From the IMG/VR virus record IMGVR_UViG_3300031519_000055, positions 1 through 43,314 of that record: a DNA stretch of 43,314 nt. One strand, given 5' to 3'. The stretch is from a virus (taxonomy: Duplodnaviria; Caudoviricetes). The notes beneath the pieces are model-generated. The model was not told where the DNA came from, made no database searches, and saw nothing but the letters and a program-made list of their open reading frames with translations. This document shows, piece after piece, positions 9,167 to 20,200 of this stretch. Each line of letters opens with the position of its first letter. Position 1 is the stretch's first letter. The position numbers were made by a program, and so were the translations under genes.

Positions 9167-12100
9167 ATGAAGGAATATGCAACAGATAGTCTAAGTTCAA
9201 GACTTCCAAATCTCTTACCTGAATTTGTAAGAGAGGAAAGTCCTGCACTTGAGGCCTTTCTGAAATCATATTTCGAATACTTAGAAGCAGAGATAATTAC
9301 ATTATCTTCGCAATCAGTTCTTGATAATTTAAGTTTGGAAGATGGTATCGGAGACCTATTATTGGAATCCGATACCAGTTTTTCACCGACTTCAGAGTCG
9401 TCCAAAATTATTACAGAACAATCAATTTTAAATCCAACACTAAATGCCTCCCCTTTTACAAAAGGTGAGTTCATAGTTGGTACTAAATCTAAATCAGTTG
9501 CAAAGATTGATATTGTAATTGGTGATAAGATTTATGTAGATACTATATCAGGTAATGGGTTTCTAAAAGGAGAAACAATTACTGGTAGAGAATCCAAACA
9601 AACAGGTGTAATCGGAAGTTTTAAACAGAACTCAGTTCTTGCAAACAATAAGTTATTAGACTATTCCGATGTCGATAGAACCTCTGAAGAATTTTTACAA
9701 TACTTCCAAAATGATTTTATACCTGCATTAGATATAGGTTCCACTGTTGACCGAAGGTTAACAATCAAACACATTAAAGATTTATATCAGACAAAAGGGA
9801 CTGCAGAATCTGTACAGTTCTTAATGAGACTCTTGTATGGACAAGACGCAACAATTAGATATCCCGACAACGAAACAATCTATCTAAACGAATCAGATTA
9901 TAGTCAAGTAAGAAGAATGAGAGTGCAAGTTCAATCTGCACCTCCAACTGCAACAGATAGAATTATTCAGTATACAACTGGAACATCTATAATAGAGGCT
10001 GAGTCCGTAATAGAAAATGTATTTGTAGATTCTGTTGAAGATAAAAAATATTCTATAGAGATTACAGACAATCACATAGGAACATTTACACAAGGTTCTA
10101 CAGTTGTATTCATAGACCGAGATGGGTTAACCGAATACACTGGAACTGTTATAGGTGTCGTGAATGGTGTATCAGACGAATCATCATCAACGTATATATC
10201 CCACAATGATAGTGGAGACATCTTATTAGAAACAGGTGGTGGTCTACTATTAGAAGAATCATCTATAGGTTCATTGTATACTTTAAATGATAAAGTATTT
10301 TTTGCAGGTAGTAAGAATAACACGAATGCATCAGAATGTCAAGCAAGAGTTGACGGGTTATCAAAAGGTGGTGTTACACATATTTACATTGAAACTGGTG
10401 GAACGAACTACGAAGGTGGAGACCTAATCGTATTTGAAAATGCAGGAACACAAGGTAGTGGTGCAGAAGCAGTTATTGGTTCTGTAGGGGATGAAGTATT
10501 ACTAGAAGGTGGTTCAGTATTTGGACACTATGAGTATACTGCAACTGGTGGAGAAAATCAAGTTGGCGGGCCTGGAGTTAGAGATGACAATGGTAATCTA
10601 ATCATATTTAATGATAACACACTTAAAGTTTTTGTTGATGATGTTCTTCAAACACCAAACACTTCATACACTACAAAAGACTATTCACACAAAAACGATA
10701 GAGTTGTATTTACAAACTCACTAACAAACGGTCAAAGAGTCGACTTATATACAGAGTTCAACCAATTAGTATATGAAGATGGTGAAGAGATAAACTTAGA
10801 AACCACTGTTGGTAATATAAGAAGTGTAAAAATATTAAGTGGTGGTGCAGGTTATCAAACTGTTCCAACTGCATTCCCAGGCGGATACATTTACATGGAC
10901 GACTTAACAGGATTCCAAGTTAATGAAGTTGTTACTGGTGGAACTTCAGGTGCAACTGCAACTGTAATAAGAATAGAACCTAACAACAAAAGATTAGTTG
11001 TTAAAAGATTATCAACTGATACAGGGGAATTCTCAAATGGAGAAACCATTAATGGTGGAACATCTCTTACTGCACGTGCAAACACACAAACAAATGTATC
11101 AAGTGGAACAGGTGGTAAAATATTCTGTTTCTCAGACGAGATTGGTGGAATCAAATCATTAAACATTATTGAACAGGGAAGAGACTATATAAACGATTCA
11201 GTAGTATCAAACAAATCTGTATTCCCTATGTTGATTACTACACCAACAAACACACTGAACAAAGGTGTTACTATTACAGGTCAATCATCAGGAACAACTG
11301 CAGAGGTTGTAAGTTATGACGCAGATAGACACATATTAAAATACACAAATTTAGATGGTCATTTCCTAATAGATGAGGTTGTAATATATCAAAACACCGA
11401 CCAGTTTGAGGTAATGAAATCCAATCCATACAATGCAAGAGGTAAGTTTGGTGGTGAAGGTATAATACAAGAACAGTTTTTAACAGACAAGGGACATGTA
11501 AACGCATCTGCATCCAACATACAAGACAGTAAATATTATCAAACACATTCATACGTAATTAAGGTTGGTGAAAGTATAAACAAATATAGGTCTACAGTTA
11601 AAGACCTACTTCATCCTGCTGGACATGTATTCTTTGGTGAAGTTGCATTAGAAAATTCTATTGGTGGAAATATCGCCTCTTCGAGATTCCAACCTACTAT
11701 TATAATGGTGATGGAACCTGTACTATCGGTATCAAACGCATTTGCAAATTCATTAAGAACATATCTATTACATGCAGATATGTCTGCAACGGGCCCCGAA
11801 GGTGGTATTGGTCTATTAACGCTTGACGAAGCAGGACAACCTGTATATAATACAGACCCTAGAACTGGTGGTTCAATAACAGAACCCAATACAGAATATG
11901 GTGACTCTAAAATGAGAAACCGTCATATGAACATTCTCAAGATTGTAAACAAATCAATTCCTTCAGTAAGGACAGACAATGTAAGAGGTGTTATTCGTTC
12001 TGTAGGTTCAATCAATTTAATGGATAATCAGATTACATTAGACTACCAAAACAGAAAGTTTGTCGCAGCCGACCAAGGAAAGATACAAGACTTGTATCAA

Positions 12101-12694
12101 CCTTCAGAAGAAACCCTAGTAATGGAAGATGGAAATAGAATTGAACTTGAAGAACAAGTAAGTCTTATGAGATTTGAAGAAAGGGAGTTTGCAGAAGTTA
12201 AAGGAGAGTTTGGAGATAGAATAATATCAGAAGATGGTGAGACATTATTAAGATTAGAGACTGCAACAACAACAAAAGAGATACAATATTTTGTATCAGA
12301 ACGAAATCCCGACTTAAATGACAAATTTACATTGTTTGAAGATGGTGATAGAATAGTTTTTGAAGACAATGGTGCAATGATTGATGAACAATCATCTGAT
12401 TCCTCAGTACCTTCTACAACGTTTGCATCATTTGGGACAAACTTTAAATCCCTAAATACAATCACAGGACAGAGAACTTATAGAATATCGTACTACTTAA
12501 AGGATGAAACCGATGAAGACGATATTATGTTAGAAAATGGTTATGGAAATATCTTAAGTGAAGAATCCGTACCCGAAGGTTTGAGACTTAATGACTTAAA
12601 TGACTATTATCCAAACCTATTCATTCCCGAATTTGAAAAACGGGAGTTAAAAAGAACAAATATTACATATAGTGCATACATAAAGTCTGCATAA
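9167..12694 (+). CDS. gp7: Baseplate wedge initiator, gp7-like, with inserted domains
   Basis: LLPEFVREE...FLKSYFEYLE, IKHIKDLYQTKGT..S..FLMRLLYG, IQDSKYYQTHSYVIK, LLHPAG; between gp6 and gp8. Confidence 0.8.
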   Translation: MKEYATDSLSSRLPNLLPEFVREESPALEAFLKSYFEYLEAEIITLSSQSVLDNLSLEDGIGDLLLESDTSFSPTSESSKIITEQSILNPTLNASPFTKGEFIVGTKSKSVAKIDIVIGDKIYVDTISGNGFLKGETITGRESKQTGVIGSFKQNSVLANNKLLDYSDVDRTSEEFLQYFQNDFIPALDIGSTVDRRLTIKHIKDLYQTKGTAESVQFLMRLLYGQDATIRYPDNETIYLNESDYSQVRRMRVQVQSAPPTATDRIIQYTTGTSIIEAESVIENVFVDSVEDKKYSIEITDNHIGTFTQGSTVVFIDRDGLTEYTGTVIGVVNGVSDESSSTYISHNDSGDILLETGGGLLLEESSIGSLYTLNDKVFFAGSKNNTNASECQARVDGLSKGGVTHIYIETGGTNYEGGDLIVFENAGTQGSGAEAVIGSVGDEVLLEGGSVFGHYEYTATGGENQVGGPGVRDDNGNLIIFNDNTLKVFVDDVLQTPNTSYTTKDYSHKNDRVVFTNSLTNGQRVDLYTEFNQLVYEDGEEINLETTVGNIRSVKILSGGAGYQTVPTAFPGGYIYMDDLTGFQVNEVVTGGTSGATATVIRIEPNNKRLVVKRLSTDTGEFSNGETINGGTSLTARANTQTNVSSGTGGKIFCFSDEIGGIKSLNIIEQGRDYINDSVVSNKSVFPMLITTPTNTLNKGVTITGQSSGTTAEVVSYDADRHILKYTNLDGHFLIDEVVIYQNTDQFEVMKSNPYNARGKFGGEGIIQEQFLTDKGHVNASASNIQDSKYYQTHSYVIKVGESINKYRSTVKDLLHPAGHVFFGEVALENSIGGNIASSRFQPTIIMVMEPVLSVSNAFANSLRTYLLHADMSATGPEGGIGLLTLDEAGQPVYNTDPRTGGSITEPNTEYGDSKMRNRHMNILKIVNKSIPSVRTDNVRGVIRSVGSINLMDNQITLDYQNRKFVAADQGKIQDLYQPSEETLVMEDGNRIELEEQVSLMRFEEREFAEVKGEFGDRIISEDGETLLRLETATTTKEIQYFVSERNPDLNDKFTLFEDGDRIVFEDNGAMIDEQSSDSSVPSTTFASFGTNFKSLNTITGQRTYRISYYLKDETDEDDIMLENGYGNILSEESVPEGLRLNDLNDYYPNLFIPEFEKRELKRTNITYSAYIKSA

Positions 12695-12697
12695 TGT

Positions 12698-12716
12698 TAT
12701 AAATAGTATATAAATA
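12698..12716 (+). promoter_or_regulatory. Tandem T4-type late promoters
   Basis: Exact TATAAATA at 12698-12705 and 12709-12716, followed by AGGAG and the gp8 ATG. Confidence 0.75.
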
Positions 12717-12734
12717 TCGTAGGAGATTTTTAAA

Positions 12735-14204
12735 ATGGCAGCAATTATAACAGAAAAGTTTCGCACCCATAATGCAAAACAATTCAAAGAGGATTTTGGT
12801 GAATCAGCTTCATCAACATATATTTTTATAGGTCGTTCCCACCCGTGGACGGACGACACTTCACCACCTGTTCCAATAAACGGAACTAGTGAGGAAATGG
12901 ATTCATTTTCAGATATGCTTTCTATGAAGAAAGTGTCTACTGCTGATGTATCACACGCATTAACAAGATACGACTGGACAACAGGAACTAATTATGATGA
13001 GTATGCACATGACTATAGTTCATCAAACACTTCGCCAGGTACAACTGCAAACAATTTGTTTAGTGCTAAGTTTTTTGTTTTAACAGATGACTATAATGTA
13101 TACAAATGTATCAGAACTGGAAGAAATTCTTCAGGTGTCGTTGTTGCATCAACTGTTAAACCAACTGGAACTAGTGCAACAGCCTTAGTTTATACTTCAG
13201 ACACTGGTGCTTCTGAAGGTTATATTTGGAAATACATGTATACTGTATCAGCTGCCGATACAATCAAGTATGTGACTTCAGACTTTATCCCAGTTAAAAC
13301 ATTAGGTGCAAAAACTGCTGTTTCAGGTACTGGAACAAATGGACAATTAGGTTCAAGTGCAGATAACGATTCTTCATCATTATGGGATGTTGAAAACTCT
13401 GCAACTGCTGGTGCAATTTATCACGTAAGAGTAGACAATGGTGGTTCAGGTTATACACCTGGCACATATACTTCAGTACCGATTGATGGTGACGGTTCAA
13501 GTGCTACTTGTTCAGTGACTGTTGGTGCTGGTGGTGCGATTACTTCTGTTGGAGTGACTACATCTGCATACGGTTCAGGTTATAACCGTGCTTCTATTGA
13601 AGTTTCTAATAGTAATATATCAGGTATCGGTTCAGGAAGTAGTGCAGTATTAACACCAATTATATCACCAATGAACGGACATGGTGCAGACCCAGTTGAA
13701 GAACTAGGTGGAAACTATGTAATCGTTAACTCAAGATTTGAGTTCAATGAAGGTTCGGGTGACTTCCCAACAGACAATGACTTTAGAAGAATCGGTCTTT
13801 TACAAGACCCATTTAGTGCTGGAACGACTACAGTTGCAACTGCAACTACATTAGGTGCATATTATAAAATGACTCTATCAAGTGTCTCAGGTTTATCAGT
13901 AGATGATACTATTTTAAGTGCATCTGCAGACGGAGACGGAGTTGCAGTATCAAGAATTATATCAATCACTGGTTCAGTAGTATCACATCAACCTATTGCA
14001 AACAGTGGTGGTGGGTATGTAAATTTTGCACAAAACGATACAGTTTACAAAGGTGGTGCAACCATTGGTAACGCAGATACAATAGATTCTACATTCCCCG
14101 AAGTTGAAAGATTTACAGGAAATATTCTGTATGTTGAGAACAGGGGTGCTGTAACTAGGGCTGCAGACCAAATTGAAGATATTAAACTAATTATAGAAAT
14201 GTAA
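12735..14204 (+). CDS. gp8: Baseplate wedge subunit gp8
   Basis: MAAIITEKFR, YIFIGR, RYDW, YNVYKC, GYIWKYMY, GHGADPVEELG, NDFRRIGL, EDIKLIIE. Confidence 0.9.
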   Translation: MAAIITEKFRTHNAKQFKEDFGESASSTYIFIGRSHPWTDDTSPPVPINGTSEEMDSFSDMLSMKKVSTADVSHALTRYDWTTGTNYDEYAHDYSSSNTSPGTTANNLFSAKFFVLTDDYNVYKCIRTGRNSSGVVVASTVKPTGTSATALVYTSDTGASEGYIWKYMYTVSAADTIKYVTSDFIPVKTLGAKTAVSGTGTNGQLGSSADNDSSSLWDVENSATAGAIYHVRVDNGGSGYTPGTYTSVPIDGDGSSATCSVTVGAGGAITSVGVTTSAYGSGYNRASIEVSNSNISGIGSGSSAVLTPIISPMNGHGADPVEELGGNYVIVNSRFEFNEGSGDFPTDNDFRRIGLLQDPFSAGTTTVATATTLGAYYKMTLSSVSGLSVDDTILSASADGDGVAVSRIISITGSVVSHQPIANSGGGYVNFAQNDTVYKGGATIGNADTIDSTFPEVERFTGNILYVENRGAVTRAADQIEDIKLIIEM

Positions 14205-14208
14205 TTTC

Positions 14209-14225
14209 GGGGACGCCATGTCCCC
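14209..14225 (+). terminator. Hairpin GGGGAC-GCCAT-GTCCCC (weak terminator or processing/stability stem)
   Basis: 6-bp GC-rich stem right after the gp8 stop; no strong U-tract. Confidence 0.45.
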
Positions 14226-14243
14226 ATTAACAGGTTAAGGAAT

Positions 14244-17200
14244 ATGCCAGAGAAAACTGATTTAAATATAGCACCGTATTACGATGATTTTGCTGAAGAT
14301 AAGAAATTCAATAAAGTTCTTTTTAAAGCGGGTCGTCCATTACAGTCAAGAGAATTAACCCAAACTCAATCTATTTTACAGAATCAAATTGAAAGATTTG
14401 GTTCTCATATGTTTGAAGAAGGTTCTTTAGTTACTGGTGCAGAATCAGATGTCGATTTAGAAGTATTCTATGTTAAAGTAAACTCTGCAAATCCCAATTC
14501 ACTTGGTGATGCAAATGTTGAAGATTATAGAAAACTTTTTCATGGTAAATTTTTAAGAGGTAAATCTTCGGGTGTTGTTGGTAAAGTTTTTGAATCAAGT
14601 GCAGAAACATCTGCTGATGCAATTACATTATTCGTAAAATTTCATTCACAAGGTACTGATGCAAATAACTCAATAGTTTTTTACTCGGGTGAAGAACTGC
14701 AAGAGTGTACACTTGGTGAAGATGGAACAGTTACGGTAAACTCTGCAAACGCAAACGAATTTACAATAAAACCAAAAACAGATAACCCAGTTGGTCGTGC
14801 TTCTATTGCAAGTATATCAGAAGGTATCATATTTGCAAGAGGATTCTTTTGTAAGGTTGATGCACAAACATTAATTTTAGAAAAGTATTCAGGTAAACCA
14901 ACATATAGAGTAGGTCTAACAATTGCAGAAAGTCTTTTATCTTCTGCAGACGACACAAGTCTTTTAGACAACTCTTCAGGTACAACAAACGAAAATGCAG
15001 CTGGTGCTGATAGACTTAAAATAGATTTTACATTATCTAAGTATACACTTGATACTGTAAATGACGTGGACTTTGTAGAACTTGTCAGGGTCAATCAGGG
15101 TATCATAGAATTAAAAATTACTAGACCGATATACAATGAGATTGAAAACTCAATGGCACGAAGAACATTCGATGCAAATGGTGATTTCGTTGTAAGACAA
15201 TTCACACATAGTTTAAGAGAACATTTAGACGATACTACAAATAGAGGTTACTACACTTCAACAAATGGTGGAGATGTAAATAAATTTATAATGCAAGTAT
15301 CGCCTGGTAAGGCATATGTAAAAGGATATGAGATAGACAAAATTGGAACAACACCAATACCTTTCAATAAGGCAAGGTCTACAGTTACATTAAACAATAC
15401 AAACACTCCAGTAAGAATTGGAAACAAATTAAGAATTACAAACGTTCACTCTTTACCCGAGTTTGGTAACGAAAGTGGAGATGCAAATATATCACCATTT
15501 AAAGAAGTCACACTTTGGGATACTACAATAACAAGTGATGGAACAGAACCTGCAAGTGGAAAGATTGGTTTTGCAAGATTAAGAAACATAGATTTACAAA
15601 GTGGTACTGCATCATCACAAGAATATGATGCAACTTCTACTTGGAACTTATACTTATTTGATATTAAGATGTTAACAAAACTTAGTGGTACACTAAGTGG
15701 AACATTTACGGAAGGAGACCAAGTAGTTGGTGGAACTTCAGCTGCAACAGGTATTGTTTCATATACTGCAAGTGGGCAATTATATGTTCATGATGTAGTT
15801 GGTACATTCGTAGTTGGAGATGCAATCACAACTAACGGTACAACTTCGGGAACAACTACAGTTACTGCAGTAAGAAATTACAACATTGACCGTGCAAGGG
15901 GTGTATCACAAGACCCAGTAGATGCAGGTTCAACTATATTTACTGCAAATGTAGAAGTAGATGCAAGTAAAACATTATTAGGAACCGTAACATTCACAAA
16001 CAGTTCTACATCAGTCACTGGTTTTGCAACAAAATTTACAACAGAATTAAAAGAGGGTGATATAGTTATCAATCCTTCAAACTCTAACGAAGAATTAATA
16101 GTTTCAAGTATCACTGATGATACTACACTTACACTTGCAGGTAATGCTGGTGGTTCGTATACTGGTAATGTCACAAGAAAACGTGCAAAAATATATGACC
16201 AAGACCAAACTTCTTCGGTCTTTGCATGGCCAAGAGACTGGGTAAAAACACATTCATGTGATTCTATTCAAGTAAGAAGACAACAAGTTGTTGATGTATC
16301 AGGTGGTTCATTCACAATATCAACAGGGTCAAACGCAACATTCGGTGCATTAAACACTGATAATTTTACAATTGCAGTAGTAGATGAATCAGCAGACGGA
16401 AGTGCGTATGGTTTAGGAGACCTATTAAATATAGAAGACTTTACAGGAACTGCAGCTTCAGATGGTGGTTCAGGTCAAACACTTACTAAATCAATTGCAG
16501 ACAATGACGGTGCAAAACTTAAAATTACATTTACAGTAAATAGAACAAATCCAGCTTCTAGAAATAAAACATTAAGACAATCAAGATTACTTGGAGTCGA
16601 GAGTGCAAGAAGTGCTGGTGGATACTATGGTACTGCATATGATGATAAAGAAATCACATTGGGTGTTGCAGATGTTCACAAGATTCATGCAATATATGAA
16701 GGAGTAGGAGGAACAACACCTCTATCACCTTCATCATACTTCTCAGTAGATAGTGGAACATTCCAAGTATACGAAACAATCGTAGGTCAAACTTCAGATG
16801 CACGTGCAGTGTTAATCACATATAGTGGTTCACTTGCAACTTCATATTATAGAATGGTATCAGGTACCTTTACAGAAAGCGAAAGTATTGTTGGTCAAAC
16901 TTCAAAAGCAGTCGCAACAATTACTAGTGTATCACAAGGTTCGCCAGATATTAAAAATAGATTCTTCTTTGACAACGGACAAAGAGACGGATTCTATGAC
17001 CTTGCAAAACTTACAAGAAAAGTTGGAGAACCAACTCCTTCAGGAAAAATATTAGTAGTGTTTGATTACTTCACTTCAGATAGTGGAGATTTCTTTGATG
17101 TTGAGTCATATACTTCAATACCATATCAAGATATTCCAGTATACTCTCCAAGTAGAGTAGACTTAGGTGGTTTAGAACCCGATGGAACGTTTGAACTTTC

Positions 17201-20200
17201 GGACGCAGTTGACTTTAGACCAGTTGTAGGACAAATTATTGGTACCTCAACATTCGGAACAACAAATACACAAGACCCAACTAACCCAGTAAACTTATCA
17301 AATAGTACAGAGGGTGCTGTCTTTGCACCATTCGGATATGATACAGGTAGAGATTTTGGCTCATCAAGAGTTGGTATATCATCTACTGGTGCAAGTGCAA
17401 ACGATACTCCTGTTTCAGGTTCAAGTGTTGTTGGTGACATATCTTTCTATGTTGGTAGAATTGATAAAGTATTCTTACATAAGTCAGGTGCATTCCAAAC
17501 TTCTGCAGGTATACCTTCACTATCACCGACTAAACCTAAGGCTATAGATGATGCGATAGAACTATTTGAAGTTCAAATTCCTGCATACACTAAAAACTTA
17601 AAGAACATAAGAGTTAGAACACAAGACCATAGACGATATACTATGAAAGATATCGGTAAGATTAATAACCGTGTGACTAACTTAGAAAGACTTACTGCAT
17701 TATCTTTATTAGAAAGAGATACACAAACAAAACAAATTTTAGATGCAGATGGATTTGATAGATTTAAATCAGGGTTCCTTGTAGATAATTTCAGAGGACA
17801 TAGAGTTGGTGATGTAAACCATCCCGACTATCAAGTAGGTGTAGATACAAAACTTGGTGCAATGAGACCTAAGTCTTACTCACAATTTTTTGATATTGAA
17901 TTCAATAGTACATTGTCATCAAACTTTCAAAAGACTGGAGATTTGATTACATTACCTTATACACCTGCAACATATGTAAATCAAGATAAGGCCTCAAGAA
18001 CAATTAATGTTAACCCGTATCATGTATTCAATTTCTTCGGTACGGTTAAGTTATCACCCGAAACAGATATTTGGAATGATACTGAACAACTACCCGAAGT
18101 AAGAATTAATAGAGAAGGAAACTTTGATGCTGTTCTTGCAGAAAATACAAATTCACTAGGAACAGTTTGGAACTCATGGCAGACAACATGGGTCGGTGAA
18201 CCTAACGTAGTATCTACAGAAGTTCAGGCAACTTCTAATGGTTCATGGAGTGGAGACCCAGCACAAGGTGGTGAATGGGTTGCAGGATTACAAGTATCAA
18301 GAGAAGTTACTGAAACTGTTGAAACACAAACAAGAACAGGTGTAACAACAAGTGTTGTAGAAGACTTCGTAGAATCAAGAAACGATAGAGTTGTAAGTAT
18401 ATCAATAGTACCTTTCATGAGGTCTAGAACAATTGAAGTTGATGCAACAAATTTAAAACCAAATTCAAATCATTACTTCTTCTTTGATGGAATTAGAGTT
18501 GATGGGTTTGTAAGACCATTTAGTACAACATATTCGCAAGACGGTGGAACAACTATTTCATCAAATTGTAAGTCAGATGGTAACGGTAGACTTCGTGCAT
18601 ACTTTGAATTACCTAATAGTAATAAACAAAGATTCCCAACAGGACAGAGAGAACTTAGATTAACATCAAGTTTCTATGATTTATCAAACCCAGGCTCACA
18701 AGCAAGTGGTATCTATCAGGCACAAGGTTTACTACAATCTAACCAAACAGAGATTACATCTACAAGAAATGGTAGGGTAATATTAGAAAGAACAAATAGT
18801 TCTAGACAAATTACTAGAAGTGGTGAGAGATTGAATGCACAAGTATTCGATTCAGTTTCACCTCCTATACCTCCAGTGCCAGAATTGCCTGTTATACCTA
18901 CAATTATACAAGACCCTGTAGAAATACCAATTCCGCCACCAATACTACCACCCCAGTTACCACCTTTAGATGAGGAGCCACCATTTATAGCACCTCCTGC
19001 ATTTATTCCTACATCAAGGGGATTAGATATAATAGATGTGCCTGATAGAAGGTTCTTTGATTTCCCATTAGAAAGAGGTTGGGGAGACCCACTTGCACAA
19101 TCATTCTTGGTTGAAAAATCAGGTGGTATGTTCGTAACATCTATAGATTTATATTTTGAGAAGAAGGACACAACACTACCAGTTTCTGTAGAAATTAGAA
19201 ACATGGTAAACGGTTATCCAGGCCAGACTGTAATACCTTTCTCAACAGTGACTAAGAATCCAGGCAATGTAAATACTTCAACTGATGGTTCAACTGCAAC
19301 AACATTTACTTTTGAATCACCAGTTTACTTAGAAGAAGATTTTGAATACTCATTCGTTGTGTATTCTAACTCAAATGAGTATACTACATTCATATCTAGA
19401 ATGGGTGAGAAAGACCTTGCAACAAGTCAGACAATTTCAGGACAACCATATGCAGGTTCATTGTTTGTATCTCAAAATGCATCAACATGGACTGCAACAC
19501 AAGAAGACGACCTTAAATTCCATATGAAGATTGCATCATTTGATACATCAAAGAATCCTGTATTGAAATTTGAGAATAAGACATTACCAGTTTCTACATT
19601 ACAGTCAAATCCTGTTGAGACATTTAGTGGTCAACAGTATGTAAAAGTTTATAACTATACACATGGTATGTACACAACAAATTCAAATGTAATCCTTGCA
19701 GGTATAACAGGAGATAAAGAAAACGGAGTTCTAAATATCGCAACTCCTTCAGTGAGTGGGACACCTAGTAATGGAACATACACTGTATCCTTAACTGGTG
19801 GGACTGGAACAGGTGCAAGTGCAGAATTTACAGTTTCAGGTAATGCAATAACTACTTCGTATATTACAGACCCAGGCACTGGATATGCAACAACAGATAC
19901 ATTAAGTGCAGTAAACTTTGACGGTGGAACTGCAGACTTAACAGTGGGTGTAGATGTGGTCGGAGATACACTAGGTGGTGTTCCAGTGGCTGCAATCAAC
20001 CAATCATTTACTGCAATTGCAAATATTGGAATAGATTCATTTACAGTAATCCCCGATATTTCAAGTTATGATGTTAAAACAACTTATTCTGCAAATGACT
20101 CAACAGTCGGTGGTGGAGAAGTTGCAACTTCAACAAGAAACTATTACTACGACACCCTACACACATTGATACCAAGTTTAAATTATTCTATGACTAGAAT

